Positions 63,751-64,000 of a stretch of DNA of 64,000 nt are shown in pieces. The DNA is from a virus. Each line of letters begins with the position of its first letter. Within the stretch, counting starts at the first letter, position 1. The notes beneath the pieces are model-generated. The model worked only from the letters and a program-made list of their open reading frames with translations, searched no databases and was not told the origin of the DNA. The stretch lies in IMG/VR virus record IMGVR_UViG_3300028608_000008, positions 60,246-124,245 of that record. The stretch is one strand, 5' to 3'. A program made the position numbers and the translations under genes.

Positions 63751-64000
63751 ATGAGCCGCACTTTTGTAGAAGACGTTTCCGGGCGCGACGATGACGCAGC
63801 ACCAAAAACTCCCGTAGCTGCGGGGCGCCCCGAACAAAAAAGCTGGACGATCATGCTGGAGCGCAAAGTCAAAGCGCACCTCGGTAACGATCAAATCAGC
63901 GTCGAGAAACTGCAACTGGATACCAACGGCCAGTGGGTAATCGTGGTGAATGGCAACATTATCATTCACCGCCCCGGCAAAACCGTCACGTCGATTTATC
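63751..64000 (+). CDS. Hypothetical protein (3'-truncated by the window edge)
   Basis: AAGGA RBS; MSRTFVEDVSG... open to the end. Confidence 0.65.
   Translation, partial: MSRTFVEDVSGRDDDAAPKTPVAAGRPEQKSWTIMLERKVKAHLGNDQISVEKLQLDTNGQWVIVVNGNIIIHRPGKTVTSIY

Noticed and set aside
1-64000. tRNA or rRNA genes
   Set aside because: No cloverleaf with a T-loop GTTCRA and matching D-arm was spotted in the few long gaps; tRNAscan-SE/ARAGORN would be needed to exclude them.

Overview
64-kb segment of a large lytic myovirus (jumbo-phage-like) genome, probably infecting a gammaproteobacterium; host and phage group are inferences. Essentially all real genes are on the + strand and tightly packed. The window opens in a tail/baseplate block: a tape-measure-like protein with a VgrG3-type muramidase domain, a tube/baseplate junction protein, a gp53/LysM-like wedge and a hub. 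A nucleotide-metabolism/anti-defence block follows (dCMP deaminase, dimeric dUTPase, NADAR, HD hydrolase), then a stand-alone muramidase. The remaining ~50 kb is small accessory genes, including KTSC, TraR/DksA, an ACP-domain protein, a degenerate SpoT/Mesh1-like HD protein, GNAT, a DNA polymerase beta-like nucleotidyltransferase, a YgiB/YgiC-like lipoprotein + ATP-grasp pair, NUDIX and two XRE-HTH proteins. Best candidates for undescribed biology: (1) five dispersed ~115-bp cassettes in which a 21-bp inverted-repeat pair with near-constant 71-75-bp spacing brackets an extended -10 promoter and a leader hairpin; (2) an acyl-carrier-protein domain whose phosphopantetheine serine is replaced by glutamate (GADELD), next to a TraR/DksA gene; (3) a repeated covarying RNA stem-loop and a recurring AACTGYAAAC + hairpin intergenic motif. 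No tRNA, rRNA, CRISPR array, integrase or transposase was recognised. All family calls and alignments were made by eye, without database searches.
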